From contig JALUCS010000097.1 in the NCBI GenBank assembly GCA_027050205.1, forward strand, positions 23,627-87,626: DNA of 64,000 bases, in the 5' to 3' direction. Every line of letters starts with the position of its first letter. The stretch's first letter is position 1. Positions 19,562 to 29,830 of this stretch are shown in pieces. The notes under the pieces were generated by a model, which worked only from the letters and a program-made list of their open reading frames with translations, was not told where the DNA came from and did no database searches. Source of the stretch: a candidate division WOR-3 bacterium. Lineage in GTDB: Bacteria; Hydrothermota; Hydrothermia; LBFQ01. The position numbers were made by a program, and so were the translations under genes.

Positions 19562-20776
19562 ATGGAGAGGTACGACGCCGTAGTAGTCGGTGGCGGACCG
19601 GCCGGCTCAATGGCCGCCCGCAGGTTGGCCGAGGGAGGGGCGAAGACCCTCCTCCTTGAGAAGCGTCCGGAGTTCGGGCAGGTGGTACAGTGCGCCGAGG
19701 GGATCTCCCACCAGTCCCTTACCCTATACTTTGACGCAGATCCGAGGTTCATAGCCTCCGTAATAAACGAGGCCCGCTTCTACTCCCCGGACGGGGACTT
19801 CTTCACCGTCAGGAAGGAGAGGGTAGGGTACGTCCTTGAGCGGAAGATCTTTGACAGGTACGTCGCCCAGACGGCCGCCGAGGCCGGGGCAGAGCTTCTG
19901 ACCAAGGCCCACTTTACGAAGCTGGAAAGGAAGGGGGAGGGCTGGCTCGTACATTTCAAGTACGGGGGGAAGGAGGAGGTGGTGGAGGCCCGCCTCGTGA
20001 TAGGGGCGGACGGACCCGGCTCCAACGTTGGGAGACAGGCCGGCTTAAAGTTGGACCTCGCCCCGGAGGACTACCACTACGCCGTTGAGTACTTCCTCGT
20101 CCATCCAGCCGTGGAGGACGGGAGGATAGACTTCTTCGTGGGGGACTGGTGCTGCTGGAAGGGGTACGGGTGGAGCTTCCCCAAGGGTGGCCACTACGGG
20201 AACGTCGGGGTCGGCGTTGCCGTTCTGCCGGAGGGGGAGTCGGCCGACCTCTACCTCAACCGCTTCGTATCCCACTACTTCAAGGGGGCGAAGATAATGG
20301 GCAAGACCAGCAGCGTCGTCCCGGTGGGTGGCCATCGGATGCAGATATACGGGGACGGCATAATGGTGGTGGGGGACGCCGCCCGCCTCGCCGAACCCAT
20401 ATCGGGGGGTGGGATACCGGCCGCCCTCGTCTCCGGTAGTATCGCTGGCGAGGTGGGGGCGAAGGCCCTGAAGGAGGGGGACCTGTCCGCCAACCGCCTC
20501 AAGGAGTACCACGACCGGTTCTGGAAGGTGATAGACCGGCGGGAGTACGAGTTGGCCTACGAGATAAGGCGGATATTCCTCAAGATGAACGACGACGACC
20601 TCCGCTACATCTTCTCCAAGCTCAAGCCCCTCTTTGACGGGGTTGAGATAGATGAGATAGACGCCTTCAAGTGGGCGCGGTACATCTTCACCAAGGCCCC
20701 GGACCTCCTCCTCTTCGCCGCAAAGAAGGCTGGCCCCGCCTTCGTGGATTACCTTAGGAGGGCCGTCGGGTTATGA
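19562..20776 (+). CDS. Geranylgeranyl reductase family FAD protein (DGGGPL-reductase-like)
   Basis: YDAVVVGGGPAGS, CAEG, RKIFD, GADG, GYGWSFPK, VGDAA..PISGGGI. Start ATG 19562, 7 nt after TATAAT. Confidence 0.9.
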   Translation: MERYDAVVVGGGPAGSMAARRLAEGGAKTLLLEKRPEFGQVVQCAEGISHQSLTLYFDADPRFIASVINEARFYSPDGDFFTVRKERVGYVLERKIFDRYVAQTAAEAGAELLTKAHFTKLERKGEGWLVHFKYGGKEEVVEARLVIGADGPGSNVGRQAGLKLDLAPEDYHYAVEYFLVHPAVEDGRIDFFVGDWCCWKGYGWSFPKGGHYGNVGVGVAVLPEGESADLYLNRFVSHYFKGAKIMGKTSSVVPVGGHRMQIYGDGIMVVGDAARLAEPISGGGIPAALVSGSIAGEVGAKALKEGDLSANRLKEYHDRFWKVIDRREYELAYEIRRIFLKMNDDDLRYIFSKLKPLFDGVEIDEIDAFKWARYIFTKAPDLLLFAAKKAGPAFVDYLRRAVGL

Positions 20777-21672
20777 TGCCGTACCTCCTCGCCGCCTCTT
20801 ACGTCTCAATAGAGGTGAGACTGACGGAGATGCTCATAGGGAGGAACGTCAGCGGCTACACGGCCTCCCGCAGTGGAAGGCTCTTTGACGAGGTCAAAGG
20901 GGTCATATACGTGAGCCGCCCCAACGTATGGGTCCGACTCTCCCAGCCCTTCGCCGCCTGCTCCGACCTCAAGGCCCTCTACGATGGACAGCCGGCCGAC
21001 GTGCGACTCCTGGCCTCCCCCCTCCTTGAGGGGGCAATAAACGTCCTCGCCTGGAGTCCCGACAAGCCCGACCGTATGGCCGTAGTGAGGCTGAAGACCT
21101 CCCTGAAGAGCGACACCGAGAGGTACGAGATGCCCGGCTTCAAACTGCGGCTGGAGAGGGGGAAGGTGGTCAAGAAGGACACCTCCTATACCCTCGTCGT
21201 CTCCGGAAGCCGAATAAAGTGCGAGGAGGAGGAGGTTAGGCTCTTCCCCCTTGGGAAGGCCCTGAAGGACCCGACCTTCATATGGACGGGGCGGGAGGTA
21301 TGGGTATTGGACGGCAGGGACCTCTACGCGTACCGCAAGGGCAAACTGGTAAGGCTCCGCACCTTCAAGGACGAGGTCTTTCCAACGGCCGACGGCGAGG
21401 GGACGGTGGCCTTCTACTCCTCCCGCAGGGACAGGCTCCTCATCCTCCGCTTCTCCCCCGGATACTCCTCCGTCTCCTCCACCGAACTCAAGGGCATATC
21501 CAAGGACGTCCGGGGGGAGTTCGTCTCCATCCACTCCGTAAGGGAGGTTAAGAGGGGGGAGGGGATCGGAAACTGGAGCATAATCCTGACCTTCCGGAAG
21601 GACGGAAAGCTGTACTACGTCAAGGTACGGAGGGAGGGGAAAGGCTACACCGTTGAGAGCGATGGGCCGTAG
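20773..21672 (+). CDS. Hypothetical protein
   Basis: 299-aa ORF coupled by ATGA overlap to the reductase gene; host-like codon usage. Confidence 0.75.
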   Translation: MMPYLLAASYVSIEVRLTEMLIGRNVSGYTASRSGRLFDEVKGVIYVSRPNVWVRLSQPFAACSDLKALYDGQPADVRLLASPLLEGAINVLAWSPDKPDRMAVVRLKTSLKSDTERYEMPGFKLRLERGKVVKKDTSYTLVVSGSRIKCEEEEVRLFPLGKALKDPTFIWTGREVWVLDGRDLYAYRKGKLVRLRTFKDEVFPTADGEGTVAFYSSRRDRLLILRFSPGYSSVSSTELKGISKDVRGEFVSIHSVREVKRGEGIGNWSIILTFRKDGKLYYVKVRREGKGYTVESDGP

Positions 21673-22251
21673 CGTAGAGTGGCTCTTGGAAACCGCCCGT
21701 TATCCTGTGGGGTATAACCGTCGGCAGGGATTGTTGTAAATTTTGACGTAAAATTATTTTTGATACAATTTTTGATAGAAAATATGTACCAACGTATCGG
21801 AAGGTACCGGGTTTGGACTAAGGAAATGTAGGAACGTTGAGGTATGCTTCCCAAAGGCGTATTTAACATCTTTTATGCAGGAAAATTACGATTTTATGCC
21901 TTATAACGCCAATCATTTACAACTTTTCCCGTATTTGTGTCATTTCATTAGAGAATATCCCACACAGGAATTGGTGGAATTTTTGTGATATATTTGTTTT
22001 ATGTGCAGTAATTGATGGAAAATTTGTGTTATATACGAATACAGAATGACACCAAGAATGGGAAATTTTATTGTAATTTTGATGATTGCCCGCAACATTT
22101 CCAAAAATTTCGGTTCAAATTGGAACATCATTTATATTTTCCATATACAGATTAAGCGTAATTTTCTGCTACACTATAGAAGAATCTTCACATTTTCATC
22201 AAATTCTGCCCTATCAAAAGTTTCATCAGGTGGCGACACGGTGAAGGTTGG

Positions 22252-22968
22252 CTAATCGCCCCTGACCCTACGCTTCAGGAAGCGGGTAAGGACCTCGTAC
22301 AGCTCCCTGACGTCCCCCCTGTCCTTCAGGGCCTCAAGGTGCTTCCTTAGGGTACCCTCGTCCCCCCTAACTATGGGGCCGGTCAGCCCCTCTAAGCCCC
22401 TTGACAGGAAGTTCCTGAAGGAAACCTCAACGAGGCGGGCGTAGTCCTCACGGGAGAGTCCGAGGGAGGCGAAGAGCTCCTCACCGGCGGTTAAGGGGGC
22501 GTATATGAGGTTGGAGACGAGGACGGCAGCGGCGTGATACAGGGGCTTTCTCTCCGGAGGTATCTCCACCACCCTTACGGGGAGGCGGGAGACGAGGGCC
22601 TCAACCAAACGCCTCGCCCCCTCCGTTCCCTCAAACGTTACGGTTATCCCCTCCCAGAGGTGGGGGTCGGGGCGGTTGAAGGCCTGTAGGGGGTGAAACG
22701 AGAACCTCTCCGGGAAGGGTTTCAGGACGTCGGAGGTTAGCGCCCCGGAGAAGTGTCCCACCGCTCCGTACCTCCTGCCGCTCTCGTATATTCGTCTGGC
22801 CGTTGAGGATACGAAATCGTCCTTAGTGCCTATAAACAGAAGATCCGCGTCCTCCAGCTCCCCCCTACCGCTCCTCACCTCGTAGGTCAGAACCTCAAAA
22901 CCTCTACCCTTCAGGAGGAGGGCGAAGGCCCTCCCCACCTTCCCCATCCCCGCGACCTGTACCCTCAC
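22252..22968 (-). CDS. Rossmann-like/DUF2520 oxidoreductase (PanG-like)
   Basis: GMGKVG, HFSGA, SFHPLQAF, YHAAAVLVSN, LTGPIVRGD. Confidence 0.88.
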   Translation of the reverse strand: MRVQVAGMGKVGRAFALLLKGRGFEVLTYEVRSGRGELEDADLLFIGTKDDFVSSTARRIYESGRRYGAVGHFSGALTSDVLKPFPERFSFHPLQAFNRPDPHLWEGITVTFEGTEGARRLVEALVSRLPVRVVEIPPERKPLYHAAAVLVSNLIYAPLTAGEELFASLGLSREDYARLVEVSFRNFLSRGLEGLTGPIVRGDEGTLRKHLEALKDRGDVRELYEVLTRFLKRRVRGD

Positions 22969-23432
22969 TTCAGGAGAACTTCGTCCGGATCCTTCCCCTC
23001 AATTAGACGCATGTACTCCTTCCACATACACCTGTCCTGAACCACTATCAGGCCCCTCTCAACCAAGGGGGCGACCGCCTCGTCGTTCCTTATACCCTCC
23101 TGAAGCCAGAAGACCTTCACGTCCCCCCTCTCGTCCAACCTCTTGAGGACGTCCTCCACCACCTCCGGTATGGCATGCGGAGGCCTGAAGACGTCCACCC
23201 AGTCCACCTGCCCCGGTATGGCGGAGACCTTCGGGTAGGACTTCCGTCCGAGGATCTTGTCTATGGTGGGATTTACGGGTATTATGTTGTACCTCTTACC
23301 GATGAAGAAACGGGGGACCTTGTGGGCGGGTTTCTCCCTGTTCTTGGAGAAGCCGACGACGGCGATGTTCCTGTACTTGTGGAAGAGTTCCCTTATAACG
23401 TCGTCCGGGGGGTTTTCAAACCTGACGGCCAT
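22965..23432 (-). CDS. CoA-binding protein (YccU-like)
   Basis: IAVVGFS, IPVNP, DVFRP, WLQEGI, VQDRC. Confidence 0.92.
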   Translation of the reverse strand: MAVRFENPPDDVIRELFHKYRNIAVVGFSKNREKPAHKVPRFFIGKRYNIIPVNPTIDKILGRKSYPKVSAIPGQVDWVDVFRPPHAIPEVVEDVLKRLDERGDVKVFWLQEGIRNDEAVAPLVERGLIVVQDRCMWKEYMRLIEGKDPDEVLLK

Positions 23433-23442
23433 AGTGGGGATT

Positions 23443-24903
23443 CTACGGCCGACCCCTCTTCCTCCGGAAGCCTCTCCGCTTGAACCTCCTGCGGTACCCT
23501 CCCCATCTACCTAAGAGCAGGGATGCCAAACGGCGGATACGGTAGTAGGCCTTGGCTATCGGGGATACTCCAGTCGGACGTATCACCGGCCTGACCTCCT
23601 CCACCTCCGCCCCAATCTCCACCTCCACCGACGGGGACTTCCTTATCCCTATCCTCTGGGAGGGATATACGCTCCTGTGTCCCGTGATGAGAAAGCTGAT
23701 TACGCTAACTATGGCGGCGTACGGCCCTATCTTAGGCCCGAATATCTCTATGGCCATTATGCTGGCCGAAATGGGGGTGTTGGCGGCGCCGGCCAGTACC
23801 CCTACGAAGCCGAGGGCGGCGAAGATCCTCCTGTTGAGGTTGAGGAGCTGGGCGAAGAGGACCCCAGAGGTACTCCCTACGAAGAAGAGGGGCGTCACTA
23901 TCCCACCGCTACCACCGGAGGCGAGGGTTATGCTGGTGAAGATGGACTTGAGGAGGAAATCGTAGGGCTTGGCCTCTCCAACCACGAGGGCGTCGTGGAT
24001 CCTGTCAAGGCCGAGGCCGAGGTAATCGTCGGAAAAGATGAGGGTTAGGGCTATCAGCACCGCCCCACCGAAGATGGCCTTATATACGTCCTTCCAGCGG
24101 AGTTTGTGGAAAAATGCCTCCGTAAGACGGAGTATCTCTATAAAGATGACGGCGATTATGCCAAAGAATATGCCGGCGAGGACGCTGTAGGTCAGGAAGT
24201 GGGTGATGGATGGGACGTAGAAGCTTAGGGGGAAGTACTCGTAGGATATGCCGAAGGTCCGGGCGGTCTGGTATGCCACTATACCGGAGACGAAGGAGGG
24301 TAGTATCACCTCGTACATTACACTCCCAAGGAAGAGGACCTCCATACCGAATAGGGCGCCCGATATGGGGGTGCCGAAGATGGAGGCGAAGCCAGCGCTT
24401 ATGCCGCAGACGACTATCTTCTTCCTGTCCGTATCGCTGAAGCGGAGGAAGTCGGCGAAAAGGGAGGCTATACCCGCACCGATCTGGGCGGCCGGCCCCT
24501 CCTTACCTACGGATCCTCCCGCTCCGAGGGTTACGACGGTGGCGGCGAGCTTCACCGGTACGACCTTGACGTCTATCTTCCCGTTCCTCTTGTGTATGGC
24601 CTCTATGACCTTCTCCGTACCGTGTCCCTCGGCCTCCGGGGCGAGGTACTTTATCGTCAGTTTGCTGATGAGGATGGCGATGGGGAGGAGGAGGTAGTAG
24701 TACTGGACGTCGGCGTGAAGGGAGATGGTTATGTCCAAGGTCTTTAGGAAGAGGGTAGTTGATATGCCAACGAGTACACCGACGATGGTGGCGAGGAAGA
24801 TCCACTTGATGACGCTGAAGAAGAGGACGACCTCTTCAAAGAAGACGATCTCAAGTTCCTCCTTGATTATATCCTTCAGATGTTCGTTCTCTTTATTCCT
24901 CAT
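23443..24903 (-). CDS. ClC-family chloride/anion transporter
   Basis: GHGTE, GGSVGKEGP, GISAGFASIFGTP, GGSGGIVTP, AANTP. Start ATG 24903 after a GGAAGGGGG RBS. Confidence 0.92.
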   Translation of the reverse strand: MRNKENEHLKDIIKEELEIVFFEEVVLFFSVIKWIFLATIVGVLVGISTTLFLKTLDITISLHADVQYYYLLLPIAILISKLTIKYLAPEAEGHGTEKVIEAIHKRNGKIDVKVVPVKLAATVVTLGAGGSVGKEGPAAQIGAGIASLFADFLRFSDTDRKKIVVCGISAGFASIFGTPISGALFGMEVLFLGSVMYEVILPSFVSGIVAYQTARTFGISYEYFPLSFYVPSITHFLTYSVLAGIFFGIIAVIFIEILRLTEAFFHKLRWKDVYKAIFGGAVLIALTLIFSDDYLGLGLDRIHDALVVGEAKPYDFLLKSIFTSITLASGGSGGIVTPLFFVGSTSGVLFAQLLNLNRRIFAALGFVGVLAGAANTPISASIMAIEIFGPKIGPYAAIVSVISFLITGHRSVYPSQRIGIRKSPSVEVEIGAEVEEVRPVIRPTGVSPIAKAYYRIRRLASLLLGRWGGYRRRFKRRGFRRKRGRP

Positions 24904-25150
24904 TACCCCCTTCCAAGGGGGCAATTCTACCCCCGACGGGAGAACCGTCCCCTACTGCATACCGTACCTTCGCTCATCCAACGTTCTTTAGAACCGGCAA
25001 GCAACCCACAGTCCAGCAACTCCCTATTGAGCTTCAGATTCTATCTAAATTACTAATTCGTTCAAAAATTATCCTATTTACGATACTTGAAAATTGTTAT
25101 CAACTTTCACTTGTTGCGGAAACCATATCACCGTTATAATATCCCCGCAT

Positions 25151-26626
25151 ATGATCAGAAAGATCGTTTCCTACGTTATCATAGGTTCTGGAGTGTTCTT
25201 GGCGGTGATTCCACCCTTAAACGCCCAGCTGTGTCCGTCCAGTTGCCCTACTTCCATAGTGAGCGATACCTTGAGATTCTGCAGATGTACCATCTATATC
25301 GGAGACTCGGCGGACAGGGTCCAACTCGTGACGGATAGATCGGTGACCATCGTGGACGTGGACGGGGATGGCCTTAGGGATATACCCTTCGGGGTGTGGG
25401 CCTACGGCAACCAAGGAGCCTACGTCCTGAAGCAGACCTCTCCCGGAATTCCGGGTAGTTTTGTAGCCTATAGGATAAGCTCGCACCCCACCTACGGTAT
25501 AACGACCATAGGGGACATAAACGGCGATAGCATAAAGGATTTCGCCATAGCAGGGCATTGGGCGAACTACTCCGTGTATATGCTCCTATCCGACGGCACG
25601 TTCCCATCGTACTACGACACCCTCATACGCCGTCATACGGGTTCGCACAACGACCCCAACAGCATCGTTGGACACGGAGGATTGATATACTGGAGCGCCT
25701 ACGACGGTAGTATAAGCTTCTACAACGCCTATACCAACACCCTTGTAGTAAGGAACGACAGCCTCTGCGGTGACGGGGTGGCCTTCGGCGACTTCAACGG
25801 GGACGGGTACGAGGACGCAGCTTGCAGCAATCGGGGATGGCCGAGATCCAACCATGGGATTTACCTGTACTACTTTGACGGCTCGTCCTTTTACACTGCT
25901 GATACGGTGGATACGACGAGGAAGTGGCAGGGTATATTGGCCTACGATATAAACGGGGACGGGCTTTCGGATATCGTAGCAGTGGGAGAGGATGCCTCTA
26001 TATGGTTCAATCGCGGCGGGTACTTTGAGGAGCTGAAGATAGATGATGATCTGTCTATAGGTAGTATTCCCTTCGCCCGTGTTAATATAGCCGACCTTGA
26101 TTGCGATGGGGATATGGACATCGTTGCGGCTACGGCCTGCCCTCCCTCCGGTGGGGCCATACTCAAGTGGTACGAGCAGGTGGATACCACCACGTGGTTG
26201 ATCCATCCCATAGACTTCGGAGGGAACGCCTGCTCCGGCACTGCCCCCTATCCCTACGGCGTCCGAGTCGGTCTCCTCAACGAGACCACGGATACGGGGA
26301 GGGCCGACATCGTCATAGTGAGGGGAAACCGGAATATCATTGAGGCGTACTACAACGTCTCACCCATAAACGCCTGTAAGCCTCTGGGCTGGGAGGGAGA
26401 TCTCGGTATATCGGAAACCCGTCCCAATCCACGTTGGAACGTCGTCCCATCGCCGGACGGCATCACCGTTATGGCCGCACGTCCTATACGGGTTAAAATA
26501 TACGACTCCGCCGGCCGGTTGCTGAAAGACGTTAGGGTGCCGAACGTTGCCCGCATACCTCTCCCTTCGGGGGTCTTCTTTGCCGTAGGCGAGGGGAGGG
26601 ACGTCAGGAGGGTCGTCGTAAGGTAG
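25151..26626 (+). CDS. FG-GAP/VCBS repeat protein with T9SS-like C-terminal domain
   Basis: Signal peptide from ATG 25151; DxNGDG repeats; IYDSAGRLL..SGVFF..RRVVVR. Confidence 0.85.
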   Translation: MIRKIVSYVIIGSGVFLAVIPPLNAQLCPSSCPTSIVSDTLRFCRCTIYIGDSADRVQLVTDRSVTIVDVDGDGLRDIPFGVWAYGNQGAYVLKQTSPGIPGSFVAYRISSHPTYGITTIGDINGDSIKDFAIAGHWANYSVYMLLSDGTFPSYYDTLIRRHTGSHNDPNSIVGHGGLIYWSAYDGSISFYNAYTNTLVVRNDSLCGDGVAFGDFNGDGYEDAACSNRGWPRSNHGIYLYYFDGSSFYTADTVDTTRKWQGILAYDINGDGLSDIVAVGEDASIWFNRGGYFEELKIDDDLSIGSIPFARVNIADLDCDGDMDIVAATACPPSGGAILKWYEQVDTTTWLIHPIDFGGNACSGTAPYPYGVRVGLLNETTDTGRADIVIVRGNRNIIEAYYNVSPINACKPLGWEGDLGISETRPNPRWNVVPSPDGITVMAARPIRVKIYDSAGRLLKDVRVPNVARIPLPSGVFFAVGEGRDVRRVVVR

Positions 26627-26667
26627 CGTACCGGTATCCCCCGCCTCACCGCCGGTAGAATACCCCC

Positions 26668-27363
26668 GTGGAGTTGAAACCCAACCCCGGAAAGAGCCTA
26701 ACCATAGACGTAAATGGGGAGGTGTGGGCGAGGTACCCCGTAAGGACTCATGTTATAAAACCCGGTGAGGACATAGTGGAGGTTGTGGCCCGGTACGTAA
26801 AGCCCCACCTCAAGGAGGGGGACATAGTCTTCGTGAGCGAGAAGATAGTCGCCATATCCCAGGGTAGGGCGTACCCCATAGACGAGATAAGGCCCTCCTT
26901 CTGGGCGCGCCTCCTCTCCCGCTTCGTGACGAAGAGTCCGTACGGCATAGGTCTGGGCAGCCCCTGGACGATGGAGCTGGCCATAAGGGAGGCCGGCCTT
27001 CCCCGTATCCTCCTGGCCGCCTTTATCGCCGCCCTCACCAAACCCTTCGGCATCCGTGGCCTGTTCTACAGGGTGGCTGGCAGGAACGTCTCGGCCATAG
27101 ACGGCCCCACCCCCTACACCCTCCCCCCCTACAACCGCTACGCCAAGCTGCCACCGAAGGATCCGGAGGGTGTGGCCCGCAGAATATCCGAGAGGATAGA
27201 TGCCCCCGTGGTTATAGTGGACGCCAACGACCTCGGCGTAGAGGCGCTGGGCATATCCCACCCTCAAATATCTCCCGACTTCGTCAAGGCAGTCTTCAGG
27301 GACAACCCCCTCGGCCAGGCCTCCCAGCAGACCCCCCTCTGCATAGTTAGGCGGCTAAAGTGA
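26668..27363 (+). CDS. CofE (F420:gamma-glutamyl ligase)-fold protein
   Basis: PVRTHVI..GED, DIVFVSEKIVAISQG, IDG, IVDAND, DNPLGQ..QQTP. Confidence 0.8.
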   Translation: MELKPNPGKSLTIDVNGEVWARYPVRTHVIKPGEDIVEVVARYVKPHLKEGDIVFVSEKIVAISQGRAYPIDEIRPSFWARLLSRFVTKSPYGIGLGSPWTMELAIREAGLPRILLAAFIAALTKPFGIRGLFYRVAGRNVSAIDGPTPYTLPPYNRYAKLPPKDPEGVARRISERIDAPVVIVDANDLGVEALGISHPQISPDFVKAVFRDNPLGQASQQTPLCIVRRLK

Positions 27364-27402
27364 CCTCCCCGCACCTCCCTACAGGCTTATAATATCCACA
27401 TC

Positions 27403-28038
27403 ATGGTAGAGACCTTGAGAGACCTGTTCGTACGCGGCGGCTTGATGATGTGGTTCATCCTCGCTGTCGCCCTTATCGCCACTGCCATCTCCATAGAGAG
27501 GTTCTACTCCCTATTCTGGAAAATTCGCGTCAATCCTATAAAACTCGTAGAGCAGGTGATAAAGATAATAGAGGAGAAGGGCGTCAACGAGGCCATAGAG
27601 TTCCTCGCCAACCAGAAGAACCCCGTCGCCAAGGTCCTCGCCGCTGGCCTTGAGAAGGTAGGCAAGTCCAAGGTGGTGGTAGAGGAGGCTATGACCCGCA
27701 GGGCGATCCGCGAGCTGGCCTTCCTGGACCGTGGAATGATATACATCGCCGCATCCGTTACCCTCGCCCCCATCCTCGGGTTCTTGGGTACGGTCTCCGG
27801 AATGATCAACGCCTTTGACGCCATAGCCAAGGCCGGAGAGGTGGAGCCGACCGTCGTGGCCGCCGGTATCTCCGAGGCTCTGATAACCACAGCCTTCGGT
27901 CTGATCGTGGCCGCTCCCTTCTCGCTCCTTTACGCGATCTTTATGGACAGGATCAACTCGTATCAGAGGCAGATAGAAGAGGCGGCCAACTTCCTCCTTG
28001 AGTACCTCGCCGAGGCGGGTATAGTCAGGGAGGCTTAG
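27403..28038 (+). CDS. exbB: MotA/TolQ/ExbB proton channel
   Basis: APILGFLGTVSGMI, GISEALITTAFGL. Confidence 0.93.
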   Translation: MVETLRDLFVRGGLMMWFILAVALIATAISIERFYSLFWKIRVNPIKLVEQVIKIIEEKGVNEAIEFLANQKNPVAKVLAAGLEKVGKSKVVVEEAMTRRAIRELAFLDRGMIYIAASVTLAPILGFLGTVSGMINAFDAIAKAGEVEPTVVAAGISEALITTAFGLIVAAPFSLLYAIFMDRINSYQRQIEEAANFLLEYLAEAGIVREA

Positions 28039-28039
28039 A

Positions 28040-28465
28040 ATGGCCATCATTCAACGGAAGAAGATGGAGGAGGAGGCTGAAATCCCGACGGCCTCCATGG
28101 CCGACATAGCCTTCCTCCTCATCATATTCTTCATGACCACGACCAACTTCGCACGGGAGAAGGGCCTCAAGTTCCTGCTACCGGAGAAGAAGGAGCAGCC
28201 GCAGGAGATAAAGATAGCCAAGAAGAACCTACTCAAGATATCCATCAACGACAGGGGGGAAGTATTCCTCAACGACGAGCAGGTAGACCCCAACCGCCTT
28301 GAGGAGGAGGTAAAGAGGCGCCTTCAGGAGAACAAGAAGCTGATAATCCTCATACGTACGCACGAGAACGCCCCCTACGGGATGATGATCAAGGTATTTG
28401 ACGCCGTAAAGGCCGCCGGAGGCAAGAAGGTCGGTCTCGGCGTAATAAAGGAGGAAGGGTCATGA
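28040..28465 (+). CDS. exbD: Biopolymer transport protein ExbD
   Basis: IPTASMADIAFLLIIFFM. Confidence 0.92.
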   Translation: MAIIQRKKMEEEAEIPTASMADIAFLLIIFFMTTTNFAREKGLKFLLPEKKEQPQEIKIAKKNLLKISINDRGEVFLNDEQVDPNRLEEEVKRRLQENKKLIILIRTHENAPYGMMIKVFDAVKAAGGKKVGLGVIKEEGS

Positions 28466-28869
28466 AGCTGAAGCGGAAAAAGGAGATGAAGGCCCAGATA
28501 CCGACGGCTTCCATGTCCGACATCGCGTTCCTCCTTATAATATTCTTCATGACCGTCACTGTGTTCCGGAAGTCGCAGGGCCTACCCGTCCAGCTACCCT
28601 TCGCCAAGACCACCGAGCGTATCCTCAAGCAGCGCGACCTCGCTTTCGTATGGATCGGGCGGAACGGTAAGGTGAGTGTGGACGACAACATAGTGCCGCC
28701 GGAGAAGGTGGCTATAATATTCCGTACCAAAGTTAGCGAGAACCCTACTTTGATAGTAGATATCAAGGCGGATCAGAACGTTAAGTACCGCTACGTGTAT
28801 AAGGTTATGGAGGCCCTGCGGGAGGCCAACGCCCTAAGGGTGGTATTTGCTACGAGGAAGGGACAATGA
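28462..28869 (+). CDS. exbD: Biopolymer transport protein ExbD (second copy)
   Basis: IPTASMSDIAFLLIIFFM, IKADQ. Confidence 0.92.
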   Translation: MKLKRKKEMKAQIPTASMSDIAFLLIIFFMTVTVFRKSQGLPVQLPFAKTTERILKQRDLAFVWIGRNGKVSVDDNIVPPEKVAIIFRTKVSENPTLIVDIKADQNVKYRYVYKVMEALREANALRVVFATRKGQ

Positions 28870-29525
28870 AGGAGAAGGACAAGAAGAGCCTTGTGAAGAA
28901 GATCTTCCTCGAGAGCGAGCTTGAGGAAGAGTATACGAGGGACCTTAACGTGGCCTTCACTCTATCTCTGCTTCTGGCCATAGGGGCTTTCCTCTTCGTA
29001 AAGGGTTGTAAGATGGAAAGCTACAAGCCTAAGAAGGCTCAAGAGACCGTCCTTGAGCAGATAGACATCCAGACCCAATTTGAGGAGCCACCGCCTCCAC
29101 CTCCGAAGCCCAAGGTGGCCCTGCCGGAGGAGGTGGAAGAGGTGGAGAGCGAGGCCGAACAGGACACCATAAACATAGCCGAGACGGTGGAGTTTGACGA
29201 GGATAAGGAACCTCCTCCGCCCCCTCCTCCGAAGGTGTTTGAGGTTTTTGACGTGGACGAACCTCCGGAGCCGGTTGTGAACGTCCAGCCGGAGTACCCG
29301 GAGATAGCCCGTCAGGCCGGTCTTGAGGGCAAGGTGTTGGTGGAGGCCGTGATAGACGAGAACGGGAACGTGATAGACGCCCGCATAAAGTACTCCGACA
29401 ACGAGATCTTCAACGACGCCGCCCTAGCCGCCATGCGCAAGATGAAGTTCAAGCCGGCGAAACAGAAGGGCATACCCGTAAAGGTGAGGATAATACAGCC
29501 CTTCATCTTCAAGCTAAGGAGGTAA
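28866..29525 (+). CDS. tonB: Energy transducer TonB
   Basis: TM helix, poly-Pro linker, PEYPEIARQAGLEGKV..FKPA C-terminal domain. Confidence 0.93.
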   Translation: MKEKDKKSLVKKIFLESELEEEYTRDLNVAFTLSLLLAIGAFLFVKGCKMESYKPKKAQETVLEQIDIQTQFEEPPPPPPKPKVALPEEVEEVESEAEQDTINIAETVEFDEDKEPPPPPPPKVFEVFDVDEPPEPVVNVQPEYPEIARQAGLEGKVLVEAVIDENGNVIDARIKYSDNEIFNDAALAAMRKMKFKPAKQKGIPVKVRIIQPFIFKLRR

Positions 29526-29830
29526 AACATGAGGCGCTTCTTAATAGGGCTTCTGGCCCTGACGATAAGCATACCATCCTTCGCGGTGTATGCCGCGAAG
29601 CAGCAGAGTGCAGGTAGGTCCGGTGCCACGGTTTTGGGAGCCGACGAGGTGGATAAGGCGCCGGAGGTCATACACTACGTTGCCCCAAAGTATCCGAAAG
29701 CGGCACTTGAAAAAGGTCTTGAGGGCAAGGTGTTGGTGGAGGCCATCATAGACGAGAACGGGAACGTGATAGACGCCCGCATAAAGTACTCCGACAACGA
29801 GATCTTCAACGACGCCGCCCTAGCCGCCAT
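29319..29830 (+). repeat. 116-bp direct repeat shared by tonB and the downstream TonB_C gene
   Basis: 29319-29434 versus 29715-29830, two mismatches. Confidence 0.9.

Noticed and set aside
23443..24903. ClC as a fluoride-specific CLC-F
   Set aside because: It has GKEGP rather than the GREGT signature, and no fluoride riboswitch was recognised.
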